Origin: a virus | IMG/VR virus record: IMGVR_UViG_3300036766_000889 | Reading direction: 5' to 3' (one strand) | Length of the DNA stretch: 64,000 bases | Shown here: positions 1 through 8,371 of the stretch, piece by piece | Numbering within the stretch: position 1 is the stretch's first letter | How the letters are laid out: each line of letters opens with the position of its first letter | Program-made: the position numbers and the translations under genes | Notes under the pieces: generated by a model | What the model was told of the DNA's origin: nothing | Seen by the model: only the letters and a program-made list of their open reading frames with translations | Database searches by the model: none

Positions 1-252
1 TTTCGCTGCAAAGTCCGTCTCGCAATTGATTTCAACCACAGCAACGATCTTCCCATCACTGTGGTTGTAGGAAAACACCTTGCCTTCGGTCGCAAGTCGC
101 CCCGCCCGTTCGGCAGCCTTGATGATGCCGCGCTTCTTGAGCAACTCCAGCGCTTGCTCCACATCGCCACCTGACTCTTCAAGCGCTTTACGACAAGCAT
201 CCATCCCGACGCCCGATCGCATTCTAATTTCTTTGATTTTTTCTACACTCAT
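1..252 (-). CDS. tsf: Translation elongation factor Ts, N-terminal part (runs off window; absent from ORF track)
   Basis: Manual translation gives MSVEKIKEIRMRSGVGMDACRKALEESGGDVEQALELLKKRG...ATEG...VEINCETDFAAK: UBA-like N-terminus plus the NCETDF signature of EF-Ts. Confidence 0.93.
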   Translation of the reverse strand, partial: MSVEKIKEIRMRSGVGMDACRKALEESGGDVEQALELLKKRGIIKAAERAGRLATEGKVFSYNHSDGKIVAVVEINCETDFAAK

Positions 253-289
253 AGTGTATACTACACTAGAGAGTTGCGTATTTACGGGG

Positions 290-532
290 ATGAGTAAACC
301 TACCCCCCCCCCCCCATATATTACGCTAGCTGAGACTGCGCCACGTACCGGAGTCGTAACCGTTGTACTTACGGACTTCGTGCCTCGGACAACACTTGCA
401 GTGACGAAACAGCGGACGTTGCTGAGCGTCTACTTCGGCTCCGTAGAGCCAAGCGTGCGCGCCGAACAGACAAAACAAGGCGTCAAGGAAACGAAGCATC
501 AGTTCAACCTATTGTTGGGGTGGTTGTCTTGA
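290..532 (+). CDS. Small hypothetical protein containing a C13 tract
   Basis: ATG at 290 within track ORF 80..532; upstream part of that ORF is antisense to tsf. Confidence 0.4.
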   Translation: MSKPTPPPPYITLAETAPRTGVVTVVLTDFVPRTTLAVTKQRTLLSVYFGSVEPSVRAEQTKQGVKETKHQFNLLLGWLS

Positions 533-593
533 CTGGCCTTCTAAAGCTAGCAGCTCGAACAATCGTTTCATGGCCGCTGCTAACGCAGCAAAG

Positions 594-962
594 TCATCGG
601 CGTCCAGGTCGTCCAACATTTTCCCAAACATGGGCTTTAGCCGAGCTTCTGGTATGAGCCCGAGAATTCGGGACACCTGCATGGCTATCCGAACCACTTC
701 CCCGGTATTGCTGTCGATTTTTTTTCTTCACGGCCCCCGTCTCCTTCGGAGACGAAGTAAACCAGTTCGCCATCGACGGATCTGTGCCTTTGTTGTGGAG
801 GCTGACCGGAAAGCTAACGCGCAGCCATTTAGACGAAGGCGTCGTTTTCTTGCAGAAGCCGCATGTGGTGTTTCCGTCTGGCCGACGTTCCATCGTAGTT
901 TTCAACGGGCTGTCTTTCCCGCAGGAGGGGCAGAACCCGTATCCGTTATCACGTGCTTTCAT
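594..962 (-). CDS. Zn-ribbon protein, possibly frameshift-fused to ORF 509..697
   Basis: CPSC and CGFC pairs; A8 tract at the frame junction. Confidence 0.55.
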   Translation of the reverse strand: MKARDNGYGFCPSCGKDSPLKTTMERRPDGNTTCGFCKKTTPSSKWLRVSFPVSLHNKGTDPSMANWFTSSPKETGAVKKKNRQQYRGSGSDSHAGVPNSRAHTRSSAKAHVWENVGRPGRR

Positions 963-968
963 AGAATT

Positions 969-1184
969 TCAAAAAGCGCAGCCGGTTGACACGGGATCTG
1001 GACATCGAAACCTTCGCGGCCCGTTGTAACTGTCCATAGTCACTATCAGAGTTTTACCACATGTACAGACTCCAGAAACAGGCTCGCCTCCAATCCAGAT
1101 TTGGCTGGGAACATAGACAGTCGGAATCAGATGGAACGTGGAATATGACCTGAAAGAGACGCCTCCGAGAATCACCCATTTCAT
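969..1184 (-). CDS. Small Cys-containing hypothetical protein
   Basis: MKWVILGG...CTCG...RCPD...CAF; co-directional with neighbours. Confidence 0.5.
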   Translation of the reverse strand: MKWVILGGVSFRSYSTFHLIPTVYVPSQIWIGGEPVSGVCTCGKTLIVTMDSYNGPRRFRCPDPVSTGCAF

Positions 1185-1197
1185 GTGGTCGCCTGTA

Positions 1198-1596
1198 TTA
1201 GCGCTTTGGTTCATTTGTATCTTCTACGGGTAGTCCAGCGGCCTGCTGAAGCCGCGTTGCGTCTTGAAGAAGAAGCTTCGTTTCAGCTTTGAGCGCTTTC
1301 ACTTCAAGTCCAAGCATCTGAACTCTCAAAGCCAACAACTCCATCGGCTGTGCTTCAGCCTTCTGTTTTTCCTGAAGCTCTGCCCAAGCCACGAGTACCG
1401 CCCATACTGTAGCGACGCTCAAAAGGACAAGGACAAGAAAAAGTGGGCCGAACTCAACCACCTGGTACCAGAAGTAATGTCGTGCGGACTCCTTGCGTTC
1501 TTCGTCCGTTGGAAACCCTGGAAACCCTGGGAGCAGGATGCGGTCTGGACGTGTCGCTGGCGGTTTACTCATCGGTGCACTCCAACGTGTTCTCAA
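1198..1596 (-). CDS. Single-pass membrane protein with coiled coil
   Basis: Hydrophobic FGPLFLVLVLLSVATVWAVLVAW followed by heptad-like segment. Confidence 0.6.
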   Translation of the reverse strand: MRTRWSAPMSKPPATRPDRILLPGFPGFPTDEERKESARHYFWYQVVEFGPLFLVLVLLSVATVWAVLVAWAELQEKQKAEAQPMELLALRVQMLGLEVKALKAETKLLLQDATRLQQAAGLPVEDTNEPKR

Positions 1597-1639
1597 CGTA
1601 TAATCACATGGTCATAAAACATTAATATCACATAGTTTC

Positions 1640-2197
1640 ATGGAATTGAAATTATGTCGAAAATGTGGACAGGAAAAACCTTTGATAAAATTTCCGAAAC
1701 AGAGGAAAAATCCTATGAAAAGGACAAGTCCCTGTCTCAGATGCTCAGAGAAAAAACGATTAAATAATCCAAATAGTGTAATCGGGAAAACTGTTTTACG
1801 CAGAAGAAAACTGTATTTATCAAATCCAAATAACATTCCTTCTATCATTATTCGGAGCGCGAGACATTATGATAAAACTCATACTAAATACGGTTTTGAC
1901 TTGGATCATGATTTTGTTTCTGCATTAATTGCAGATGGATGTAAATACTGTGGTATTAATAATGTGAGGATGACGCTTGATCGTATTGATAATCAGTTAG
2001 GACATCTGAAATCAAATGTTCATCCAGCTTGTGTGCGATGCAATCATATCCGTGGTTCAATGCCATTTGATGCCTGGATGAATATGGTTCCTTCGATTCG
2101 AAAGACGTATGAACTTGGTCTATTCGCAGATTGGTGGATCGACACCAAGTCCATTTATAAATCAAATATCATACCATTTGTCTCTTCTAGTACCTAG
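1640..2197 (+). CDS. HNH-type (homing) endonuclease
   Basis: CKYCG...TLDRIDNQLGHLKSNVHPACVRCNH motif; AT-rich; opposite strand to neighbours. Confidence 0.8.
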   Translation: MELKLCRKCGQEKPLIKFPKQRKNPMKRTSPCLRCSEKKRLNNPNSVIGKTVLRRRKLYLSNPNNIPSIIIRSARHYDKTHTKYGFDLDHDFVSALIADGCKYCGINNVRMTLDRIDNQLGHLKSNVHPACVRCNHIRGSMPFDAWMNMVPSIRKTYELGLFADWWIDTKSIYKSNIIPFVSSST

Positions 2198-2799
2198 GGT
2201 TCTAGTTCAGCGTCCCAATACAACCAAGAACGCCAGCATTCTGGAATGTCCTTTATAGATTCCATACGTAAAGCTGCAATCGGAAGCGACTTGGGACGTA
2301 CCGGCTGATTCAAAAGGTACATACCGGCTTCAGCGGGCGTACGATTACGCTTGATGGAGTTGCACGGGTAGCAACTCATCACGATGTTCTCCCAGACCGT
2401 TTTACCGCCTTGGGCACGAGGAATTACATGATCAAAATTCAGATCACGCATATTGTGCTTGGCTCCGCAATACTGACAAGCGAACTTGTCTCGAGTCAGC
2501 ACGTTGATCCGGCTGAACTTCACTACTTTCTTCTTGCCGATCTTACCGAGCAGTCGGATTACGGCCGGAACCCTAACCACGAACGTATCCGGGTCAGAGT
2601 CCTCCACGCCAAGCTCGAACCAGGCAAGCATCTGCTTGCTGACCTGCAAGCCATTAGCTGCGTCCCTGGAAATAGCCCGGACAACGTCCGTGTACAGCTC
2701 TACGACTTCAGCACGACCGTCGTGAAGAAGCTGGGCAGCACGCTGCCAACTCACGACTCGGTGAGGTTGAAAACCAATATCTAGGACTAATGTTCTCAT
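2194..2799 (-). CDS. HNH endonuclease, McrA-like
   Basis: RDKFACQYCG...DHVIPRAQGG...WENIVMSCYPCNSIK; directly downstream of Ro60/Y RNA cluster. Confidence 0.88.
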   Translation of the reverse strand: MRTLVLDIGFQPHRVVSWQRAAQLLHDGRAEVVELYTDVVRAISRDAANGLQVSKQMLAWFELGVEDSDPDTFVVRVPAVIRLLGKIGKKKVVKFSRINVLTRDKFACQYCGAKHNMRDLNFDHVIPRAQGGKTVWENIVMSCYPCNSIKRNRTPAEAGMYLLNQPVRPKSLPIAALRMESIKDIPECWRSWLYWDAELEP

Positions 2800-2811
2800 A
2801 TTAATTATTAA

Positions 2812-2937
2812 GTGGTAACAAAATTTAGTGATTCAATTTCAGCTGCTCTACCACTGAGCTATACATAACTTTCGCTATGTAATTGGACTTGAACCAATGA
2901 CCCGCTGTTTGGTTGTAGAACCACCGGCATTTACCAC
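2812..2937 (-). ncRNA. yrlA: YrlA-type bacterial Y RNA
   Basis: Closing stem GTGGTAA/TTACCAC. Inside, in permuted order: T-arm ATTGG-TTCAAGT-CCAAT, closed acceptor-like hairpin TACATAGC-GAAA-GTTATGTA, D-arm TAGCTCAGTGGTAGAGC. Next to TROVE gene. Confidence 0.85.
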
Positions 2938-2967
2938 ACAATAAATGGAAACTATACCATAAACATA

Positions 2968-3173
2968 TGCTGACAACAAGGTTCGCAGAGATGTTTACAT
3001 TATCGGTGTAATCCCATGCAGCATTTGTCAACGTTATTTATACTGACAACGAAATTCGTAGAGATTTTTACAGTTTAAATGTAATCCCTACAGCATTTGT
3101 CAGCGTTATTTGTACTGACGACAAAATTTACAGAGATTCTTTTTACCTGTAGTCCCTGCAGCATTCGTCAGTG
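2968..3173 (-). ncRNA. Tandem array of three ~61-66 nt short Y-RNA-like hairpins (2968-3033, 3041-3105, 3113-3173)
   Basis: Each has closing stem (C/T)TGAC(A/G)A...T(C/T)GTCAG, a 5' AATGCTG motif and a 3' AA(T/C)(T/C)T(T/C)GT motif resembling the YrlA stem; starts 5 nt after the Ro60 stop. Confidence 0.7.
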
Positions 3174-3178
3174 TTATT

Positions 3179-4735
3179 TTATCCTACACCTATCATTTTC
3201 TCAATCTTTTCGACCCAGGCATCTTTATTGCCACCGTCAATGAAACTTGAAATCACACCGAACACTGCATCACTGAAACCACCAACGTTCAAACGGTCTT
3301 CATCGGTGATTACTTGTGCAGTTTGATTCGGTGTTAGGTCAATACACACAAGCTTGGCTTTACGATTACGCCTCTTGAAAGACAACCACTCGGTCGATAA
3401 ACCGGTACCTCTACGATAACCCCTATCAGCCCAGCTTTCGTTGTCGGAGACATATATCACAAGGTCAGCATTTGCATTTTCCTCGTTAAGCAAAGCGAGT
3501 GGAGCAGAACAGGTGGTACCGCCGCCTCCCACACTTGCAATTTGGGTAGCTAGAGTCATCACACTATCACGAGGATTGATCTTCAAATCAACAACATCTG
3601 TTTCAAACGGGATAACTCTTGCGTTTGGATTCTTGCGCAAAATCGCGGCAGCAATCAACGCAGCTATGTCTATGCAACGAGCCTTAGATGTAGCACCTTG
3701 ACGTTGTCCAGTAATCGGGCTACTCATGCTACCGGAAACGTCTACACAGACTACAACGTTACAATTGTAGCTCGGCACGTTGTTCAGCGAATGCTCCATC
3801 GCGTCCTGTAACGCGTTGGTCAATTCGGCAGGAATGTCAGTTGCATTCAAATATGCCATAAGTAGCTGGTATGGAAATACCCGCGCCTTATTGATTTCAT
3901 CAACATTGCGCAAACGTGCAGCCAGTAGACTAACCATTTCTGGGTTGTCTAGCACACCGTGACGCTTGAACGTGTTGAGATTCATACGAGTCATCTGCCA
4001 ACCAGCATTCTTTGCAACGGTTGTCCAGCCAGCCGTATCAAGATTAAGAGAGTCTAGCATCTGAAATGGGACGTCCGGGATGATCTGACTACGGTCAACC
4101 TTATAATTCTCGTACGCACGTACGAGCTCCGGAAGGTGTTCGACAGTATACGGCTTACCAATTAGATAAGCATACAACGCCTTACGATCGTCGCTAACCG
4201 GGTTCGGGCGAACCATCTTAACCAGATCAGATAGAGACGGCTTCTTTCCGACGCTATCTCGGAAAAGTTGGTCCGATGACCGAGATGCAAACCATTCACG
4301 AAGCATGCGTCGAGGAGCAGAACCAAAGGACTTACGGGACGTCTTACCAGATCGGACAATTTGCGCGAAATTTCTCGCCATTTTGCCATTATCGATAACT
4401 CGTGGAAACACAAGCTTAGCTGCAAGTAAGCCTTCTGGACCACGAGAACATAAATGCGCAAGCAAAATCGCTGGCATATCCTTCATATGACCAAGTTGGC
4501 GTGCATATACAGCGACTTTAGCCACATAACTAACTTCACAGTTAGCTGCGTGCTTCAAAACTTCATCCAACTGGTCAGACGCAGCAGCATAGTACGTGTT
4601 ACCGAAGCAACCGGTAGACGCAATTTGAGCAAGAGCTTGCTTTGACGTAAGCGAGTATGCATTCCCACCGGCATGATTTACAGCCGTTGAAACATGAGCC
4701 TGAGGCAGAGTGTTAAATAGTTGTTGATTTGTCAT
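3179..4735 (-). CDS. rsr: Ro60/TROVE domain RNA-binding protein with vWA domain
   Basis: N-terminal VNHAGGNAY, KDMPA, MTRMNLNTF, ARVFPYQLL, and vWA MIDAS VCVDVSGSM...GGGT...VSDNESW. Confidence 0.95.
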   Translation of the reverse strand: MTNQQLFNTLPQAHVSTAVNHAGGNAYSLTSKQALAQIASTGCFGNTYYAAASDQLDEVLKHAANCEVSYVAKVAVYARQLGHMKDMPAILLAHLCSRGPEGLLAAKLVFPRVIDNGKMARNFAQIVRSGKTSRKSFGSAPRRMLREWFASRSSDQLFRDSVGKKPSLSDLVKMVRPNPVSDDRKALYAYLIGKPYTVEHLPELVRAYENYKVDRSQIIPDVPFQMLDSLNLDTAGWTTVAKNAGWQMTRMNLNTFKRHGVLDNPEMVSLLAARLRNVDEINKARVFPYQLLMAYLNATDIPAELTNALQDAMEHSLNNVPSYNCNVVVCVDVSGSMSSPITGQRQGATSKARCIDIAALIAAAILRKNPNARVIPFETDVVDLKINPRDSVMTLATQIASVGGGGTTCSAPLALLNEENANADLVIYVSDNESWADRGYRRGTGLSTEWLSFKRRNRKAKLVCIDLTPNQTAQVITDEDRLNVGGFSDAVFGVISSFIDGGNKDAWVEKIEKMIGVG

Positions 4736-4780
4736 GATCTAACCTATAATAACATACAATCAAATAAGTTGTTTCAATCG

Positions 4781-4854
4781 TGCTGTGCGCGAGACTCGAA
4801 CTCGCAACCTCTCGGACCTAAACCGAGCGCCTCTGCCAATTGGGCTACCACAGC
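4781..4854 (-). tRNA. tRNA-Leu(TAG), short variable loop
   Basis: CTCGG-TTTAGGT-CCGAG anticodon arm; GCGAG-TTCGAGT-CTCGC T-arm. Confidence 0.85.
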
Positions 4855-4861
4855 AAAACAA

Positions 4862-5009
4862 CGGATGGGTTGGACTTACACCAACAGAGCGCCTGGGCTG
4901 GAGTCGAACCAGCTTCTTACCGTTCAGGAGCAAGCTCGTCAGCTTCGCAGCCTCGGTCGATATTCAGCTCGCTAGCAGCCTATTCCCGCCATTCACTGCG
5001 TTGCCATCC
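4862..5009 (-). ncRNA. tRNA-like RNA with two T-arm modules
   Basis: GGATGG/CCATCC terminal stem, GTTGG-TGTAAGT-CCAAC and GCTGG-TTCGACT-CCAGC arms; no anticodon arm found. Confidence 0.5.
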
Positions 5010-5095
5010 TGGTGCAAGAGATGGGATTTGAACCCATAAGACCTTTCGGTCGGATGATTTTAAGTCATCTGCGTATTCCATTCCGCCACTCTTGC
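5010..5095 (-). tRNA. tRNA-Leu(TAA)
   Basis: GATGA-CTTAAAA-TCATC arm, long variable arm, encoded CCA. Confidence 0.95.
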
Positions 5096-5117
5096 GTAAC
5101 GATTGATCTATTAAATC

Positions 5118-5219
5118 AACCAACCACCAAACAATGCGGGCATCGAACCCACTCAGGTTTCACAGCAGTCTCCAGAGTTGCCACGCCCTGCTGGGGCTAC
5201 TCTTGTTTGGCGGTTGGTT
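5118..5219 (-). ncRNA. Structured RNA with 17-bp closing stem and T-arm
   Basis: AACCAACCGCCAAACAA/TTGTTTGGTGGTTGGTT; GTGGG-TTCGATG-CCCGC. Confidence 0.55.
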
Positions 5220-5262
5220 CATTAAACAGAGTTGCATACGACCCAATTAACTGAATTTACAA

Positions 5263-5916
5263 CTAAACTCGTCCGGAAGCGAAAGCCTTAGCAAATTCTC
5301 GTTTGAAAACTTCCGTCTGATCTTCGGGAAGTATGCCGACGTGGCGATAGAATTCAGTAATTGGGCGTACTACGGGAGCCAAAAAGCTTTCTCGTGATCC
5401 TCTCTGGCCCATGACTGTGGCTTCAATTGGTGTTGCCTTACGGGCGTAATAATTCCAGTTTTTCAAGGAAGTAAGAAATAAAGCGTAGGCCATATTTCCT
5501 ACAACATCCACGATAGCTGCCATATGATGGCCAACGCCATCATTGTGCGTGCAAATAGACCCAACTTTGATCATAGACAAAGGTATGACAGGTGGCGTGA
5601 TATCCGAAACTAGGGGAATTACTTTTTCATCAACGAGACTAAAAGGAGGTGGGAACTCCTCGAGATACTTCAGCATCTCTTCAGCTTTCTGCCGTGGTAG
5701 CGTCGAATCATTATCAAATGCAATAATAGTTGCCGAAGCAAAAATGAACTCATGAACCCCAACATCAGTGCGCGTATAAAACGTTCGAAAAAAACCTTTT
5801 TTTCCACGCAACACGCCACATGTCCACTCTATCATCGTTGCAACAGGCTTTGACTTTGGTATCGCTTTCCCACTGATATAATCTTTCAATGTGAAATCGT
5901 CGTCATTCATAGTCAA
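5263..5916 (-). CDS. Hypothetical protein
   Basis: 217-aa ORF, co-directional, overlaps upstream stop. Confidence 0.7.
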   Translation of the reverse strand: MTMNDDDFTLKDYISGKAIPKSKPVATMIEWTCGVLRGKKGFFRTFYTRTDVGVHEFIFASATIIAFDNDSTLPRQKAEEMLKYLEEFPPPFSLVDEKVIPLVSDITPPVIPLSMIKVGSICTHNDGVGHHMAAIVDVVGNMAYALFLTSLKNWNYYARKATPIEATVMGQRGSRESFLAPVVRPITEFYRHVGILPEDQTEVFKREFAKAFASGRV

Positions 5917-6119
5917 TGTCCAGTTTGAGTACTCGATTTTTCTTCTTTACTCAACCCTTCACCACAGTTACCACAGTTACCACTATGACATAGACCAAAA
6001 CATACAATTATGAACAAAGCTAAAATTGCTGAGTCATCTTTTCTTCGTGCCATTGCTACAAGAACAGCAGTAACTCCGAAAATCATAGCAAGAATTAAAG
6101 TGTTTGTTGATATATCCAT
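5913..6119 (-). CDS. Small two-TM membrane protein with Cys-rich tail
   Basis: AAGGAG SD upstream; two hydrophobic segments. Confidence 0.7.
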   Translation of the reverse strand: MDISTNTLILAMIFGVTAVLVAMARRKDDSAILALFIIVCFGLCHSGNCGNCGEGLSKEEKSSTQTGH

Positions 6120-6135
6120 AAACTCCTTGTATCAA

Positions 6136-6218
6136 TGGTTGCGGGCGAAGGAATTGCACCTACTTGTCCGAGGAACCGGGTTATGAGCCCGGTGGGTTTC
6201 TGTTACCCCATGCCCGCA
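6136..6218 (-). tRNA. tRNA-Met(CAT), initiator-like
   Basis: CCGGG-CTCATAA-CCCGG (consecutive G-C pairs), weak U1-A72, CCA; enlarged variable region. Confidence 0.8.
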
Positions 6219-6235
6219 TAATGTAACGAATTCAG

Positions 6236-6308
6236 TACGGGGTGCGGGACTCGAACCCGCCTCAAACTGCCGTGTAAAAGCAGCGCACTCCCTGAATGCG
6301 AACCCCGC
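6236..6308 (-). tRNA. tRNA-Val(TAC)
   Basis: CTGCT-TTTACAC-GGCAG; T-arm GCGGG-TTCGAGT-CCCGC. Confidence 0.88.
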
Positions 6309-6397
6309 ATAATTATTTCACAACGCGACTTGTTTTCCACAACGTTTACATCGGGCGTCAGGTTCGCCACGTCGTTTCCACCAGTCACGAATTCCAT

Positions 6398-7114
6398 TCA
6401 TGGAATACTAACCTCTCTTGCGTGCCGTTCTTGATTTCGTTTGGAACGCTCTGTCTCAAGTGAACCAATCACATGTTCAAGAATCTTTGCGACAGTTGCA
6501 TAGGATCCGACCTCACAAACGAACGACATCATGCCGTCTTCGTAAACCTTGAAGGTTTCTTCGGGCAGCCCAAGCATGTCGATTCCTTCGCAATACACAC
6601 TTTTGTGGCTGCCAGCCCGGTAAATGCGGCCGTCTTTTCTTATGATGGTGCCGGATGCCCAGTTTTTGTTGTACCACTCATCCGACCCATCGGGCGGCTT
6701 CTCTTTTTTCGTATAACCAACATAACGTTCAACTTCGGCCGCGTACTTCTCTGGGCTCCATTCCGAGTACATCACATGATAGGGGATGTGGATTGGAGAG
6801 TCCGAAATCACCACGACCTTGATATTGTAGAAGTTGTCTCGGATGAAGCAATAGGCCGATACTTGATTGTATGGCGTGAACCTGAAGCAGGAGACCGGAA
6901 GTCCTACTGATTTACTAGTTTGTGTCCCTACAATTCTTGGTGGGTACACTTCATCCTGACTGTAGTTAGGAAGGATGGCCGCCACACCACCAATTTTTAG
7001 GATCTGGTTTTCTACACCACTCCTATAGATCAGATCTTCATCTGGCGCGTTTGTACTGCCCCAGGTTTTGAGGTCGATGCCGTTGGCATAAATTGCGTTT
7101 AGTTCTTGCATCAC
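6398..7114 (-). CDS. Hypothetical protein
   Basis: 238-aa ORF coupled to the HD gene. Confidence 0.75.
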   Translation of the reverse strand: MMQELNAIYANGIDLKTWGSTNAPDEDLIYRSGVENQILKIGGVAAILPNYSQDEVYPPRIVGTQTSKSVGLPVSCFRFTPYNQVSAYCFIRDNFYNIKVVVISDSPIHIPYHVMYSEWSPEKYAAEVERYVGYTKKEKPPDGSDEWYNKNWASGTIIRKDGRIYRAGSHKSVYCEGIDMLGLPEETFKVYEDGMMSFVCEVGSYATVAKILEHVIGSLETERSKRNQERHAREVSIP

Positions 7115-7866
7115 AGAGCAGCCAGGTACACGTCAAAGGAAGCATTTCGAGGAAGTTCACCCGCCTCTACACGTGCTTTCAATTCTGTCATTATGATACC
7201 AAGTTCACGACCAGGCGGTAGGCCGAGATGAGCACCTAAAGCATCACCGAGACCTTTTGGTAGGGCTGGAGGCTTTGAATCAGCTAACCGTAAAAACTCC
7301 ATACGTACTTTAAGACCGTCAACTCGAGAAAGTTGAGCCATACGTTTCGCAGGATGCTTAGTTGTGCAGTCTGCTTCGGCTACTGCTAACACAGAATCAG
7401 CCGCAGGTCCAAGTTCAAGGATCAATCGACGTACCGCTGAATCAGTCCAATCAGGATTGTACGCTTCAACCCTGCCAAGATACCTAATGATAAACTCGAT
7501 ATCTTTTATTTCTGATTCATTAAGCAGAAAACCAAGCCGACTAGCGTCTTTCTCAAACAATTCTGCACCGACAAGTTCATGTACAGGGAAACCGATTTCA
7601 CCATTGGGGTATAGACGAAATGTACGTGGTTTTCCTACATCATGATACAACGCAGCTAGTCGCAAGATAAAAGACGGGCGCGTCTGTTTTACCACCTGTT
7701 TGGTGTGTGCCCATAGATCCTTGTGACCGGTATTTGACCCACCGAACCCGACCAGCCCTTGTACAGCTGGGAACAGTTGCGTTATGTCACCGTTCTCCTG
7801 CAGAGCTTCAAGTTTGACATCTACATCATCACTGATGAGAATTTCATATAGTTCATGTCTATTCAT
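7111..7866 (-). CDS. HD-domain protein resembling the C-terminal half of CCA-adding enzymes (no nucleotidyltransferase head)
   Basis: HKDLWAHT...LRLAALYHDVGKP...HELVGA...LGLPPGRELG; start moved to ATG 7866 because the longer ORF overlaps a tRNA. Confidence 0.85.
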   Translation of the reverse strand: MNRHELYEILISDDVDVKLEALQENGDITQLFPAVQGLVGFGGSNTGHKDLWAHTKQVVKQTRPSFILRLAALYHDVGKPRTFRLYPNGEIGFPVHELVGAELFEKDASRLGFLLNESEIKDIEFIIRYLGRVEAYNPDWTDSAVRRLILELGPAADSVLAVAEADCTTKHPAKRMAQLSRVDGLKVRMEFLRLADSKPPALPKGLGDALGAHLGLPPGRELGIIMTELKARVEAGELPRNASFDVYLAAL

Positions 7867-7907
7867 GGTGAAAACACTACGTTCGGTACAGGGAAATTTA
7901 CACTCTG

Positions 7908-7976
7908 TGCCACCGGACGTAATCGAAACGTCACCGACGCCCATATGAAAGGCGCGTTCTTCCTAAGATCGATGGC
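7908..7976 (-). tRNA. tRNA with CAT anticodon (Met or Ile2), minimal D-arm
   Basis: GCCATCG/CGGTGGC acceptor; CGCCT-TTCATAT-GGGCG. Confidence 0.7.
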
Positions 7977-7979
7977 TTG

Positions 7980-8051
7980 TACCCTCGGCAAGACTCGAAC
8001 TTGCATGTACTTCGTTCGTAGCGAAGTGCCCATCCTTTGGACCACGAGGGT
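7980..8051 (-). tRNA. tRNA-Arg(ACG)
   Basis: CTTCG-CTACGAA-CGAAG. Confidence 0.9.
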
Positions 8052-8068
8052 ATGAATTAAACGGACGG

Positions 8069-8140
8069 TGATCACGGCGGGACTCGAACCCGCATCAGCC
8101 AGCTTCGGAGGCTGGTGCCCTTCCTTTAGGCGTCGTGACC
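8069..8140 (-). tRNA. tRNA-Arg(CCG)
   Basis: CCAGC-CTCCGAA-GCTGG. Confidence 0.9.
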
Positions 8141-8214
8141 TGGTGCCCGCGAGAGGATTTTCACCCCTATCAACTACTTAATTGGTAGACGTGCTAGAAT
8201 TGCACCACGCGGAC
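8141..8214 (-). tRNA. Atypical tRNA (loop CAATTAA, nominal anticodon ATT, A33)
   Basis: Cloverleaf with CCA end but non-canonical anticodon loop and T-loop TGAAAAT. Confidence 0.55.
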
Positions 8215-8218
8215 TTAG

Positions 8219-8291
8219 CACCCCCGGCAGGAATCGAACCTACATAGTTCCGCTTAGAAGGCGGACGCCTGATCCATTAGACTACGGGGGC
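8219..8291 (-). tRNA. tRNA-Arg(TCT)
   Basis: TCCGC-CTTCTAA-GCGGA. Confidence 0.92.
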
Positions 8292-8302
8292 AAGATATTC
8301 GG

Positions 8303-8371
8303 AGACCCGCGATAGATTTGAACTATCTTAATTAGTTTTGCAGACTAACCGCCTCACCTGAGGAACGGGTC
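8303..8371 (-). tRNA. tRNA-Cys(GCA)
   Basis: TTAGT-CTGCAAA-ACTAA; U73; short D-arm. Confidence 0.85.

Noticed and set aside
2968-3173. CRISPR mini-array
   Set aside because: Units are diverged self-complementary hairpins without identical repeats and unique spacers; no cas genes; Ro60 context explains them better
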